64,000 nt of DNA from Spirochaetota bacterium (GCA_963664815.2 CAXXHB010000003.1:3936001-4000000), one strand, 5' to 3'. Positions 20,309-31,808 are shown, counted from the stretch's first letter. Numbers and translations are program-made. The notes: generated from the letters alone by a model not told the origin.

Positions 20309-22843
20309 ATGGACACAAGTTTATACAGACGGGATATTTATACTGCAACAAGAGATATTTGTGAAAAACACTCAGATAACACGCTTTTTTATTATTCAGG
20401 AGATAAAATTTCTTATAACGAAACTTTCAGCCTGGTAAATAAACGCTCCGCATTCCTGATAAAAAATGGATTTGCAAAAGATGATATAATCGGCATACTT
20501 TCCGGCAGTTCTCCGGAATGGTGTATTACTTTTCTTGCTATAACAGCAATTGGTGCAGTCGCCCTTCCCCTGGACACCAGTTTTCAAAGCGACCAGTATG
20601 AATCAATGGTGAAAAGCGCCGGGGCAAAAGCTGTTTTTGTTTCAGATGAATTTTCAGACAAGATTAGATCGATACCCTGCATGGAAATCAGCAAAAATGC
20701 CTGTATTGATGATGAAAAATTTTTTACTCCGATACAAATCCCATATAATAATATTGCTGCTCTGCTTTTCACATCAGGAACAACCGGATCTCCGAAGATT
20801 GTTCAGCTTTCTCACATGAATATTCTTCATATAGCATATGTCTGCACCGACCTTGAGGAATATACTGCTGAAGACGTCACTCTGGCGATTCTCCCGCTTT
20901 TTCACGTTTATGCCTTTGAATCGACATTTATGGCGCCGCTTGTCACAGGGAGTTCCATTGTTATGCAGAATTCCCTTAAAGGACCGGATATTATGAAATC
21001 GCTTGCTGATTTTCCTGTTACCATTTTTCCTGCGGCTCCACTTATGTGGGAACTTTTTTTCAACGCAATTGCAAACAGGGCAAAAGCTCAATCAATGCTT
21101 AAATACCGGATATTTATGTTCTTTGCCAACAATGCACGGGTTTTGCGGTTGTTCGGTCTCGGCTTTATTGTAAAAAAAATATTTACTCCGGTACACGATG
21201 TATTCGGTAAATCCCACCGCTTTTTTATAAGCGGCGGCGCCCCGATGAAAAGGGAATATTTCAATTATTACAAAAACATGGGATTTAATATTATGGAGGG
21301 ATATGGACTGTCCGAAACAACAGGTCCGATAGCCATACCTTATTATAAAAGTGCAATAGCCGGATCTGTCGGTGCCCCAATAGCAGGAAATGAGGTCATA
21401 ATAAAACATATCAATGAAGACCGTATAGGTGAAATATGCTTCAAGGGTGATGCTGTTATGCCGGGATATTTTAAAAATGATGAAGCTACAGGTTCCGCTT
21501 TTGATGAAAACGGCTATTTCCGGACAGGAGATCTCGGGCGGCTTGACCGCAAAGGGAATATCTATATAACAGGAAGAATGAAAAACGTCATTGTTCTTGA
21601 CAGCGGCAAAAAGGTATACCCCGAAGAGCTGGAATTTTATTTCAGGGAATCTGAGATGATTGCCGAGATCGCGGTCTTTGAAAAAGTGACAAACAACAGA
21701 ACCGGTGTTTTTGCAGTGATTGTACCTTCTGTTAAATCTCATGAAAGTTACAGTATCATACGTTCAGAGATTGAAATCCTGAATAAAAATCTGCCCGACT
21801 ACAAAAAAATCAAACAGTTTGCAGTATCATTTGATGAACTTCCTAAGAATTCAACAAAAAAAATATTATACAGAGAAATTAACACCCTGCTTGACCAGGG
21901 TGTTTACCAGGTTAACGACACAGGAGCGCCCGTACTGCGTGATTTGTTCAGACCAGGAACTATTGAGGAAGAACATACTGCCAATCTGCTTAAAGAACTT
22001 CTGAAAACAGACTTGCTGTTTGCCAACCAGACACTTGCTGATTTTAACATAGACTCTCTCGGAACAGTTGACCTCATGGTACGCCTTGAACAGAGACTGG
22101 ATATTGTAATCAATATAAAAGAATTTGTAAAAAAGCAGACTATCACCGACATAATAACCTACCTGATGTCTCTTGAGAAAACCGGTGGTGAACCTATTGA
22201 AGAAAGAATCCTGAGGGGAAAAATTGAAACAAAACCTCATCTATTCTTTAATCCGATGCATCATGTTGCCATAGGTATCCTCGGCGGGCTTTCAAGATTA
22301 TTCTGGAAGATAAAAGTGTTTAATGATGAAAACCTTGTATTGAATAATAAAATTATTGTGGCAAATCACCAGTCTTACCTTGATATGGTCTGGATAAGCT
22401 ATTTTATTCCATCCAGGTATCGTAAGAATGTTTATGCAACTGCCAAGAAAAAACTTTCCTTTCTACGTTTTGTATTCCCTATATTTCCTGTCATATTTGT
22501 TGATGATTCAAACAGTATCGAGGTGCTGAAAGCCAGCGCCGATTTTCTGAGACAGGGTAAGACGCTGATTATTTTCCCGGAAGGTACAAGATCCGAAGAT
22601 GGGAAGATCCAGCAGTTTAAAAGCGGAGCCGCATACCTTGCTAAAAATCTCAATATAAAAGTAATACCTGTTTCTGTAAATGGCGCACATGGCATATGGC
22701 CCAAACAACAGAAATTCCCTACATTTCTGACATCACTGAAAGGAACAGTAACTGTCGGTAAAGAAATTGATCCTTCAGCATACGATTCAGTTGAATCTCT
22801 CAACACAGCACTTGAAGCTGCTGTTATCTCCGGTATGAGTTAA
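20309..22843 (+). CDS. Aas-like fusion: AMP-dependent acyl ligase + ACP + PlsC-type acyltransferase
   Basis: FTSGTTGSPK, EGYGLSET, RTGDLG; IDSLG phosphopantetheine serine; NHQSYLD and FPEGTRS acyltransferase motifs. Confidence 0.9.
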   Translation: MDTSLYRRDIYTATRDICEKHSDNTLFYYSGDKISYNETFSLVNKRSAFLIKNGFAKDDIIGILSGSSPEWCITFLAITAIGAVALPLDTSFQSDQYESMVKSAGAKAVFVSDEFSDKIRSIPCMEISKNACIDDEKFFTPIQIPYNNIAALLFTSGTTGSPKIVQLSHMNILHIAYVCTDLEEYTAEDVTLAILPLFHVYAFESTFMAPLVTGSSIVMQNSLKGPDIMKSLADFPVTIFPAAPLMWELFFNAIANRAKAQSMLKYRIFMFFANNARVLRLFGLGFIVKKIFTPVHDVFGKSHRFFISGGAPMKREYFNYYKNMGFNIMEGYGLSETTGPIAIPYYKSAIAGSVGAPIAGNEVIIKHINEDRIGEICFKGDAVMPGYFKNDEATGSAFDENGYFRTGDLGRLDRKGNIYITGRMKNVIVLDSGKKVYPEELEFYFRESEMIAEIAVFEKVTNNRTGVFAVIVPSVKSHESYSIIRSEIEILNKNLPDYKKIKQFAVSFDELPKNSTKKILYREINTLLDQGVYQVNDTGAPVLRDLFRPGTIEEEHTANLLKELLKTDLLFANQTLADFNIDSLGTVDLMVRLEQRLDIVINIKEFVKKQTITDIITYLMSLEKTGGEPIEERILRGKIETKPHLFFNPMHHVAIGILGGLSRLFWKIKVFNDENLVLNNKIIVANHQSYLDMVWISYFIPSRYRKNVYATAKKKLSFLRFVFPIFPVIFVDDSNSIEVLKASADFLRQGKTLIIFPEGTRSEDGKIQQFKSGAAYLAKNLNIKVIPVSVNGAHGIWPKQQKFPTFLTSLKGTVTVGKEIDPSAYDSVESLNTALEAAVISGMS

Positions 22844-22965
22844 ACCGGCATATGGTATAACACTGCCGGATTGCCAATATCAAACTTAATGAATACGCAA
22901 TCCAGCGAAATCTTCGAAAGAGTTTAACGCGTTGGGAACTGCATTAAAAATTCTGTTAGTTATAA

Positions 22966-23002
22966 AACGGGGTGTGATATCCTCAGAACATCACACCCCG
23001 TT
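22966..23002. terminator. Terminator between convergent genes
   Basis: AACGGGGTGTGAT...ATCACACCCCGTT perfect 13-bp stem. Confidence 0.8.
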
Positions 23003-23040
23003 ACTTAATATATAGAGGGACGCCATAAAGCCAGGTAAAT

Positions 23041-24909
23041 CTATTCCGCCAACGCGCCTGTAAAAACAGCATCAGTCGCTTTAACTACCGCTCCTTCATT
23101 AAATCTGAGTGAAGCGAATCTTCCGAAAACTTTATGCAGTTCACTACCAAGGTAATATTGTCCTGAAAGGACTCTGCCTGTATAGAAAGCGGCCTCACCG
23201 TTTTCAGACAGTAACTTTTCTCTTTCAGCTCCTTTAATATCGCCAACCAGTTCTTTCATTTTTGGTATAGCGACAGTCATAGACCATATATGACACCAGG
23301 CAATAGCGACCATATACATAGCCTCCTGAAAAGGAGTTGCATGCATAAAGATATTCAGGAACTGGCCTTTTGCGAGTTGCCCTTTAAGCATCTCAACAAC
23401 TTCATCAAGCTCCTTAAGTGCCTGTGTAAAGATATCAAGATATTTATCCTCCACAATACCTCTAGCTTTAACAACTGCACTTTCCATCTTGGTTTTTAAC
23501 ACTCTGTAGTTATACTGATCTTTGTTCATAAGAATTTTTCTCATCATAAGATCCATGGACTGAATACCGTTTGTCCCTTCATAAATTGCAAGAATTTTGG
23601 CATCACTCATATATCTTACTATCGGGTAATCCCGGCAATAGCCGTATCCGCCATACACCTGCATCGCCATTGATGTAATTTCAACACCTTTATCTGTACA
23701 ACCTGCTTTGCATATAGGCACAAGAATATCAAGAAGAGCTTCCCCCTCTTTCTTTACCTCAGGATCAGAATCCAGCATAATATCTTTCTGCATATACAGG
23801 AAGCTTATAAGTATTCTCTGACCTTCAAGATGTGATTTCATCCACAGGAGCATTCTCTTGACATCGGGATGTTTGCTTATTGATACAAGCGGTGCATCAG
23901 GATTAAGCATCTGGGTAACATCAACACCCTGCAGCCTGTTTTTTGCATATGTTACAGCATGCATATATGCCGCTGAGGCGTTTCCCTGAGACTGGAGCGC
24001 AACACCATAACGCGCACCATTCATCATAAGAAACATAATCTTCATCCCCTGACGTTCTTTTCCCAGCAGGTAACCAATACAGTTTCCATTATCTCCGAAA
24101 GCAAGCTGCGACGTCCCCTGTCCATGAAGACCCATTTTATGTTCTATACCTGTGCATACAACATCGTTAAACTCCCCCTTCGTACCGTCTGGATTAACCC
24201 GGTATTTAGGAACAATGAAGATAGAAATCCCCTTTGTTCCCTTCGGATCTCCCTCTATTCTTGCAAGAACCGGATGTACCATATTGTCAAAATAGTCATT
24301 TTCACCCGATGAAATGAATATTTTCTGCCCTGTTATTTTATATGTTCCATCGGGTTGTTTTACCGCTTTTGTCTTCAGATTTCCCACATCAGATCCCGCC
24401 TCCGGTTCAGTAAGGCACATTGTTCCGCCCCATTCTCCTGACATAATCTTGTCACCATAGAGCCTCTTCTGCTCTTCTGTTCCGAACGTAAAATACAGCT
24501 CCATCGCCCCATGTGACAACCCTGGATACATATTAAGACTATAATTGGATGAAGTTACAAACTCACCAACACCAGCCATTATCGCGCTGGGCATCCCCAT
24601 TCCGCCATTTTCAGGCTCATCACATATTCCCATAAATCCAGCTTCGTAATAAGCATCAAGTGCCGGCTTAAAACATGCCGGGATTTTTACCTCCTTTGTT
24701 ATCGGATCCCATTTAGCTCCATTCTTATCACCCTCGTCTGCAGTTGGATAAAGAACATCAACCGCTATCTGTTCAGCAAGCTCAATAGAAGCTTCAAAAG
24801 TATCATGATCAAAATCTGCAAATTGTGGATAACGGGTAAGTTTATCAATTTCAAGCACTTCAAATAAAACAAATTTTACATCTCTTGTATCGAGTATAGG
24901 ATTAAGCAT
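23041..24909 (-). CDS. Acyl-CoA dehydrogenase (long, about 600-aa type), copy 1
   Basis: GTMCLTEPEAGSD, GQKIFIS, IEHKMG, QVYGGYGY, IYEGTNGIQ; GGGAGG RBS. Confidence 0.93.
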   Translation of the reverse strand: MLNPILDTRDVKFVLFEVLEIDKLTRYPQFADFDHDTFEASIELAEQIAVDVLYPTADEGDKNGAKWDPITKEVKIPACFKPALDAYYEAGFMGICDEPENGGMGMPSAIMAGVGEFVTSSNYSLNMYPGLSHGAMELYFTFGTEEQKRLYGDKIMSGEWGGTMCLTEPEAGSDVGNLKTKAVKQPDGTYKITGQKIFISSGENDYFDNMVHPVLARIEGDPKGTKGISIFIVPKYRVNPDGTKGEFNDVVCTGIEHKMGLHGQGTSQLAFGDNGNCIGYLLGKERQGMKIMFLMMNGARYGVALQSQGNASAAYMHAVTYAKNRLQGVDVTQMLNPDAPLVSISKHPDVKRMLLWMKSHLEGQRILISFLYMQKDIMLDSDPEVKKEGEALLDILVPICKAGCTDKGVEITSMAMQVYGGYGYCRDYPIVRYMSDAKILAIYEGTNGIQSMDLMMRKILMNKDQYNYRVLKTKMESAVVKARGIVEDKYLDIFTQALKELDEVVEMLKGQLAKGQFLNIFMHATPFQEAMYMVAIAWCHIWSMTVAIPKMKELVGDIKGAEREKLLSENGEAAFYTGRVLSGQYYLGSELHKVFGRFASLRFNEGAVVKATDAVFTGALAE

Positions 24910-25245
24910 ATCAGCCTCCCTTTTTTAAAATATATTTGTTTTACGGCGGATAAGATTAACGATGTAATTACCGCTGATTGTGCAATTCTATCTTCCGGGG
25001 AAATCCTATCCGCCGTATGGTTGATGCAGGTTTTTCAGCCGACATCAGAAATTTGTTAACTGAACATTCATTCAATATAAATGTCAATATTTTTTTGAAT
25101 TTCCTGCATAAAAATACAGCTGTCTCTGCAGGAGGACTTCCACTGCAAAAATCTGTTCATAAACCGGAAATAACTTGATTTTAAAAACTGTTTATTAAAC
25201 ATCTGTTTTACCGACTATAAAACATAATAATGGCAGAATAATTTT

Positions 25246-26571
25246 ATGAAATTGATGGAAGAATACAGAAATAAGCTCAGAACTGCAGAACAGGTAGCAT
25301 CAGAAATAATCTCCGGCGATACAGTAGACTATGTAGGAATGTCCGGTACTCCTGTCGAGCTGGACCGCGCAATTGCATCACGTGCCGGGGAATTAAACAA
25401 TGTAACCGTAAGAGTTGGCTCATTCCCCGGAATAACAGAGCTTTACAGACAGGATCCCCGGGGAGAATCATTCCGCTTCCACAACCTTCACCTTGTAGCT
25501 GGTGACAGAAAACTGTATGAAGAGGGCTTCTGTGATTTTATCCCGAATATTTACAGTGAACGGCCGATTTTATTCGACAGGTACCTGGACACGGATTACC
25601 TGATGATAAGAACAGCACCAATGGACTCGCGCGGATTCTTCAACTATGGACTTTGCAATTCAGACACAGACGGAATTATGAACAGGGCAAAAAAGATTGC
25701 CGTAGAGATAAACGAAAACATTCCATACTGCTACGGAGGATATAACGAATCAGTGCATATATCACGTGTAGACAGAATAGTTGAAAGCGGTAATTCCCCC
25801 GCGTTCACAATCAATGAGGCAGATCCTTCAGATATCGATCAGAAGATAGCCGGCAATTTAATAAACGAAATAAGAGACGGCTCATGTATTCAGCTTGGCA
25901 TAGGTGCACTTCCCAATGCAGTGGGTAAACTACTTGTAAGTTCAGATCTTAAAGACCTTGGAGTTCACACAGAAATGATGGCTGATGCATATGTTGACCT
26001 TTACGAATCGGGAAAGATAACCGGGAGAATGAAAAAAAACGAGCCGGGCAAAATGGTATATACATTCGCCCTCGGTACAAAGAGGTTATATGAGTTTCTT
26101 CACCACAACGCAGCATGCGCATCTTTTCCCGTAAGATATGTAAACAGTATAAAGGCTATCGCGGCAAATGACAGGATGATCTCAATCAATAACGCTCTTG
26201 AGGTTGATCTTTTCGGACAGGTATCATCCGAATCTCATGCCGGGAAACAGATTTCAGGCACAGGTGGGCAGTGGGATTACCATTACGGCTCCTTCTATTC
26301 AAACGGGGGGAAGAGTTTCATCTGCCTCCACTCTGCGTATACGGATAAAAAAGGCATACTCCGTTCACGGATTGTACCATCTTTCAGCGAAGGAACTGCT
26401 GTAACTATTCCGCGGTCACAGGTATTCAACATTGCCACTGAATATGGAATAGTTGATCTTAAGGGTAAAAGCGTTCGAGAAAGGGCCGAGGCACTTATAA
26501 GCATCGCTCACCCCGATTTCAGGGATTGGCTTGTAAAAGAGGGGGACAGAGTTGGCATCTGGAGGAAATGA
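25246..26571 (+). CDS. Acetyl-CoA hydrolase/transferase family (butyryl/4-hydroxybutyryl-CoA:acetate CoA-transferase-like)
   Basis: IQLGIGALPN, LGVHTEM (catalytic Glu), SGTGGQWD, TEYG, IAHPDFR. Confidence 0.9.
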   Translation: MKLMEEYRNKLRTAEQVASEIISGDTVDYVGMSGTPVELDRAIASRAGELNNVTVRVGSFPGITELYRQDPRGESFRFHNLHLVAGDRKLYEEGFCDFIPNIYSERPILFDRYLDTDYLMIRTAPMDSRGFFNYGLCNSDTDGIMNRAKKIAVEINENIPYCYGGYNESVHISRVDRIVESGNSPAFTINEADPSDIDQKIAGNLINEIRDGSCIQLGIGALPNAVGKLLVSSDLKDLGVHTEMMADAYVDLYESGKITGRMKKNEPGKMVYTFALGTKRLYEFLHHNAACASFPVRYVNSIKAIAANDRMISINNALEVDLFGQVSSESHAGKQISGTGGQWDYHYGSFYSNGGKSFICLHSAYTDKKGILRSRIVPSFSEGTAVTIPRSQVFNIATEYGIVDLKGKSVRERAEALISIAHPDFRDWLVKEGDRVGIWRK

Positions 26572-26808
26572 GTGTCCGCTCATTTCATTTCCCGCAATGG
26601 GATTTAAATAAAACCTGCCCCGGGTTATGCCTTCAGATCAGTTGATATACACTGCGATGTCTGTTAATGCACAGTATATCAATTGTTTAATTGCCATCCG
26701 GAGGCTGTCAGACTATAATAGTGAATCATGATACAATGAGATCAGTTATATATACACAATAAAAAATGAGTTTACATTATACATCCAGTCTGTTATTTAT
26801 ATTAAGCA

Positions 26809-27480
26809 ATGAAAACTAAACTTTTAAAAACAGTTTCTGCAGCTTTAATAATTATCCTCACACTTTGCATTAAACTCTCCGCATCAGGATTCATAGGGAT
26901 TGGAAGCGGGGCAAATTTCTCCGGTTCAACTTCTGAAGAAGATAATAAATTCAGATCAGGCGCCGGGATTCCATTTATACTCGAATACCAGTATTCGCCT
27001 GAATACAGAGACTCATGGATGTTTAATTCATCATTCAGCTATATACCGGCAATTAATGACGATTCACCGGGAAATGTGATGGTATATACTGCCGGCATAA
27101 TGTATATTAAGCCATTTACATATTACAGAAGCAACATCACTCAGAATACAATGCAGAATAACAGATGCATGGGGGTACTCCTCCTCCCGTTTACAGTGAT
27201 GACAGATACTCTGAATAATTTATTCCAGTTTATAATCCCGCAGCACCCTGAGGGATTCGCAGATTTTGCTTTGATTAAAGAACAGGATGAACCTCTCAAA
27301 CCGGGATTTTCTGCAGGAGCAGGTTTATCCGGAGGGGGAATTGACATCAGATTAAGATATACCCAGAACCTGAGGTACAGCGGCGGGCTCAGACGCGATA
27401 TTTACACTGCCGGAATTGAGTTTACTTTTAATATCCCATTGCAGGAAAAATTTATGAAGATGGAAAACCTTATAGAATAA
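26809..27480 (+). CDS. Hypothetical exported protein, possibly a small outer-membrane beta-barrel
   Basis: Signal peptide; Gly/aromatic alternating strands (GFSAGAGL, YTAGIEFTF). Confidence 0.55.
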   Translation: MKTKLLKTVSAALIIILTLCIKLSASGFIGIGSGANFSGSTSEEDNKFRSGAGIPFILEYQYSPEYRDSWMFNSSFSYIPAINDDSPGNVMVYTAGIMYIKPFTYYRSNITQNTMQNNRCMGVLLLPFTVMTDTLNNLFQFIIPQHPEGFADFALIKEQDEPLKPGFSAGAGLSGGGIDIRLRYTQNLRYSGGLRRDIYTAGIEFTFNIPLQEKFMKMENLIE

Positions 27481-27545
27481 TGATTGCATCTTTCACAACC
27501 CGGCATAAATTATACTCAGATAATAATTATTCAGGAGACTAAACT

Positions 27546-28730
27546 TTGTCGCAGAAATTTGATGAATTAATAAACAGGAAAAATACCGGTTCTGAGAAAT
27601 GGGATCACTGTGATAAAATTTTCGGAGGAGAAAATCTTCTCCCTCTATGGGTTGCCGACATGGACTTCCGTGTGCCGCGGGAAGTTATCAACGCTCTTAC
27701 AGAGAAATCCGAACATGGAATATTCGGCTACACATCATACATGGATTCCGCATACGAATCAGTTATAAACTGGTTTTCACGAAGGCACAGATGGAGCATA
27801 AATAAGGAGTGGATACTCTACTCACCCGGAGTTGTACCCGCACTTAATCTTATTGTACAGACATTTACCGATCCCAGCGACAGCGTAATCATTCAACGAC
27901 CGGTATATCATCCATTCATGAAAATAGTGGAAAATAACGAAAGGCGTATTCTTAACAACCCACTCTGCAAAAACAGCGCCGGGAACTATGAAATGGATTT
28001 TCCCGGTCTGGAAATACAAGCATCAAAATCTTCGGCACGGATGATGATTCTCTGCTCACCTCATAATCCGGTCGGAAGGGTTTGGACGGAGAATGAACTT
28101 AAAGAGGTTATCAGGATATGCAGAGATAACAACATCATTCTTGTTTCAGATGACATACACTGCGATCTCGTCTTTGACAGTTATAAACATATTCCACTAC
28201 AGACAATCGCCGGTGATTTCAGTAATAACATAATAACCTGCACAGCTCCGAGCAAAACATTCAACCTCGCAGGAGTGCAAATTTCTAACATTATTATCCC
28301 AGACGAAATTAAAAGAATAAAATTCCGGAGTGCGCTTCTGAAAGCAGGGATGTTTGAAACAAACAGCTTTGCCCCTGTCGCGATGGAAGCAGCTTATAAT
28401 TACGGTAACGAGTGGCTTGATGACCTGATTAAATATATATACAAAAATTATCAGTTTCTGAAAGAATTTGTACACAATGAATTGCGAGCAGCAGAAGTCG
28501 CACAGCTGCAGGGAACATACCTTGCATGGGTAGATTTCAGAAGATACGGGCTGAGCGTTAAGGAGCTTGATGAACTCTTTATAAAAAAAGCCCATGTTGC
28601 CCCAAGTCCCGGATATTTATTCGGTCCCGAGGGAGCAGGGTTTATGAGATTCAACCTCGCCTGCCCCGGATCAATACTTGAAGAGGGCATGAAAAGGATT
28701 GCCGCAACATTCGGTAATCTGCATCTCTAG
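27546..28730 (+). CDS. MalY/PatB-family PLP-dependent cystathionine beta-lyase
   Basis: LPLWVADMDF, HGIFGY, CSPHNPVGRVW, SDDIH, APSKTFNLAG, RFNLACP; TTG start with GGAG RBS. Confidence 0.92.
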   Translation: MSQKFDELINRKNTGSEKWDHCDKIFGGENLLPLWVADMDFRVPREVINALTEKSEHGIFGYTSYMDSAYESVINWFSRRHRWSINKEWILYSPGVVPALNLIVQTFTDPSDSVIIQRPVYHPFMKIVENNERRILNNPLCKNSAGNYEMDFPGLEIQASKSSARMMILCSPHNPVGRVWTENELKEVIRICRDNNIILVSDDIHCDLVFDSYKHIPLQTIAGDFSNNIITCTAPSKTFNLAGVQISNIIIPDEIKRIKFRSALLKAGMFETNSFAPVAMEAAYNYGNEWLDDLIKYIYKNYQFLKEFVHNELRAAEVAQLQGTYLAWVDFRRYGLSVKELDELFIKKAHVAPSPGYLFGPEGAGFMRFNLACPGSILEEGMKRIAATFGNLHL

Positions 28731-28874
28731 GGTTTAATTTCCACTTCCGGGGAGGTTGCAAACTTCCACTTGAAATGGTTGAATACCTGCGCCTGTGAAG
28801 ATAAACACAATTGAAAAAACAATCAACCCGACTGAAAAAGTGTCGAATCAGGTTTTAACTGGCAGTTTATACAC

Positions 28875-29327
28875 TCAACCCCCGCCGAAAAACGCAGACA
28901 CAGACTTAATCTTTTCAGCAAAGACCATTGAGAAAGAGATGTCAGTCAGTTTATAAGCTCCCCTCCCGGACTCATAGCTATATTCAAGAAAAAGATTATA
29001 TAAACCATTATCAGCAGAATCTTTCAGAGTTATCATGAATATATACAGATGACCGTCACGGATGTATTTAATTTTTTCCAGATCAAGGCCGTTTCTTTTA
29101 CTGTCGTACAAAAACAATCCAAACTTGTCAATAAGCCTCTCCCCTGAACTTCCGTCCTTAATGATCCCATCCATGCATCTTCTTATATCAGACTCCCTTT
29201 CGGGATTATTGGATATGATCTTTTTCAGGAAAAGTGATTTATAAGCGGAAAGTTCACCCTCACTCACATCAGCGAAAAGAGGTAGCGATATAAACAGGAT
29301 AAATAATGCCACAATGATATTTTTCAC
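28875..29327 (-). CDS. Hypothetical exported protein
   Basis: Signal peptide ending LFA; GGAG RBS; divergent from PBP1A. Confidence 0.65.
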   Translation of the reverse strand: MKNIIVALFILFISLPLFADVSEGELSAYKSLFLKKIISNNPERESDIRRCMDGIIKDGSSGERLIDKFGLFLYDSKRNGLDLEKIKYIRDGHLYIFMITLKDSADNGLYNLFLEYSYESGRGAYKLTDISFSMVFAEKIKSVSAFFGGG

Positions 29328-29402
29328 TATATATTCTCCGCATTCAACTTCTTAGACGATTAATCCGATTATTATTATATCGGCAATCCTACTTCCGAAA
29401 AG

Positions 29403-31808
29403 ATGATTTTAATGAAAAAAAGAGATATAATCATATACATATCAATTATCATAATACTATTTTCACCCTTCGTCTACATTATATATGCATATAATTTAAG
29501 TTACAACATGTTCAGAAAATCTGAGAATATGCTGCAACCTCTTGCTACAAAAATATATGACAAAAATGGCGTGTTAATCTCGCACCTGTATGACGAGTAC
29601 AGAATATATGTTAAGATTGAAGAAATTCCCGACACAGTCATTAAATCATTTCTTGCAGCTGAGGACAGCTCCTTTTATACTCATACCGGGTTTGACATAG
29701 CCGGTATAACACGGGCGCTATTTATTGATCTTATAAGTGGAGAATTTAAACAGGGCGGATCGACCATTACACAGCAGCTTGCAAAACAGCTCTTTGCTGG
29801 TAAAAAGAAAAGCGTTAAAAGAAAACTTGTTGAACTGTTTCTTGCCAGGGAGTTTGAAAAAAAATACTCTAAAAATGAAATACTTGAGATGTACCTCAAT
29901 CAGATATATCTCGGGCATGGTGTATATGGTGTAAGCGCCGGGGCAGAATTTTATTTTCGCAAACCACTGAAGGATATTGATATAATTGAAGCGTCGCTGA
30001 TAGCAGGTATACCCTCGGCGCCTGAAAGGTTCTCGCCGCTGAAAAACCCCCAGGCTGCACATGACAGATCTCTTGGCATAATATTCAATCTTATTTCCTC
30101 CGGGTATATAAATAAACAGCAAGCTGCAGATAAATTCAATACTTTCTGGGATAATTACAGTGAGCGAATCAAAACAGAGTTCCCGGAAGCAGGTATCAGG
30201 AAAGACAGCTCAGACGAAGCCCAATGGTTCACCGAATATATCAGGAGAGAATTAATAACAAAATACGGCGAGGATCTGGTCTACAGGGGTGGGCTCAAAG
30301 TATACACTACACTCGATCTCGGATATCAGAAATCAGCCGAACTGATTCTCGGGAAATCACTGGAGCAACAGAACATTTATTCACATTCAGTCAACAGCAG
30401 CAAAATTTCAAAAATAGATTTTGATCTTGCAGGGAAATCAGCTGATAAAGAAAAAATCAGACCTGAAATAAAAAAAGAATACATAAACCATTCTGTAAAA
30501 TTCAGCAGGGAGTTTCTTGATACTCTTGCCGATGAGCTCCTTCTGATATCAATCCTTTCCGGTTCAGATCTTCCCGCCACGACGTTGACCCGGCATCTGG
30601 ATTTATATGAAAATATTATCCGCCAGGCACAGGCAGAAGGTGCTCTTATAGCACTCGATCCTTCAAGCGGTGGAATACTCGCGCTGGTCGGCGGAAGCAC
30701 TTTTAATCCTCTGAACCAGCTTAACAGGGCGATACAAAGCAGAAGACAACCCGGTTCCTCATTCAAAGCCTTCGTCTACGGAGCGGCTATTGAAAACAGA
30801 TGCATCACCGCAGCAACTCCGTTTTATGACTCTCCTATCATCTACCGTGGAGATAAGAAGTCATGGACTCCTTCCAATTATGACAGGGATTACTCCGGCA
30901 GAGTTCTGGCCCGCAGGGCTTTATCTCTCTCCCTTAATATAGTCTCGGCCAAAATTTACGATTTTACCGGCGGTGATAAAATTGCAAAGTTCGCATCAAA
31001 AATGACTGATGTTGAATATAAAAGATTCCAGCTGGATCCGACCCTCTCTCTGGGAACCACTGAACTCACACCGCTTGAGATGGCAAAGGGTTTCGCCGTT
31101 TACGCCAACAGTGGTGTGTCAATACCGGTTAAATCAATAATAAAAATTGAAGACAGATACGGTAAAGAATTACCGGGATTCACTGAAAAAAAAGAGTCAT
31201 CACGCGCAGTTTCCGAGCAGACAGCTTTTATAATGACCAGCATGATGAAGGATGTTGTCAACTCAGGTACGGCTTCATATGCCGTAAGAAAGGTTGCAGG
31301 ATTTAAACTACCCTGTGCCGGGAAGACAGGAACCAATACTGAGTTCAGAGATGCCTGGTTTATCGGTTACACTCCCGATATAGTCACAGCAGTATGGGTT
31401 GGATGCGACTCGCCGGAATATTCTCTTGGAAGAGGACAGAGCGGTGCTTCAGTTTCGGCGCCTATATGGGGAATGTTCATGAATGAAGTCTATAAAAACC
31501 GGCAGGCGGATGTCAAATTTCCGGTGAAGCCGGCAGGAGTGTCGGAAAGAAGAATCTGTTCAATTTCTGGAAACCTTGCCGACAACGGGTGTCCGGCCAG
31601 ATCTGAATATTTTATCCCCGGTACCGAGCCTGGCACAAAATGTGATGGCCTCCATGGGAAACTATCTAATATCAAAGAATTGATTAACAGGGAGAAAAAA
31701 ACCATATCCGGCAGGAACATCCCTAAACTTTTCGAAGACCGGGCAGAGGCAGAAAAAACTGAAAAAAATAATAATAATTCAGAACAGAGCTTTTTCTTTG
31801 ATGATTGA
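29403..31808 (+). CDS. Class A penicillin-binding protein (PBP1A family)
   Basis: AAEDSSF, QGGSTITQQL, RKLVE, YLNQIY transglycosylase motifs; QPGSSFK, SLN, KTGT transpeptidase motifs. Confidence 0.93.
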   Translation: MILMKKRDIIIYISIIIILFSPFVYIIYAYNLSYNMFRKSENMLQPLATKIYDKNGVLISHLYDEYRIYVKIEEIPDTVIKSFLAAEDSSFYTHTGFDIAGITRALFIDLISGEFKQGGSTITQQLAKQLFAGKKKSVKRKLVELFLAREFEKKYSKNEILEMYLNQIYLGHGVYGVSAGAEFYFRKPLKDIDIIEASLIAGIPSAPERFSPLKNPQAAHDRSLGIIFNLISSGYINKQQAADKFNTFWDNYSERIKTEFPEAGIRKDSSDEAQWFTEYIRRELITKYGEDLVYRGGLKVYTTLDLGYQKSAELILGKSLEQQNIYSHSVNSSKISKIDFDLAGKSADKEKIRPEIKKEYINHSVKFSREFLDTLADELLLISILSGSDLPATTLTRHLDLYENIIRQAQAEGALIALDPSSGGILALVGGSTFNPLNQLNRAIQSRRQPGSSFKAFVYGAAIENRCITAATPFYDSPIIYRGDKKSWTPSNYDRDYSGRVLARRALSLSLNIVSAKIYDFTGGDKIAKFASKMTDVEYKRFQLDPTLSLGTTELTPLEMAKGFAVYANSGVSIPVKSIIKIEDRYGKELPGFTEKKESSRAVSEQTAFIMTSMMKDVVNSGTASYAVRKVAGFKLPCAGKTGTNTEFRDAWFIGYTPDIVTAVWVGCDSPEYSLGRGQSGASVSAPIWGMFMNEVYKNRQADVKFPVKPAGVSERRICSISGNLADNGCPARSEYFIPGTEPGTKCDGLHGKLSNIKELINREKKTISGRNIPKLFEDRAEAEKTEKNNNNSEQSFFFDD

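Noticed and set aside
20309-22843. Adenylation + carrier domain protein as an NRPS
   Set aside because: The third domain is a PlsC acyltransferase, giving a known Aas-like lipid-recycling architecture.
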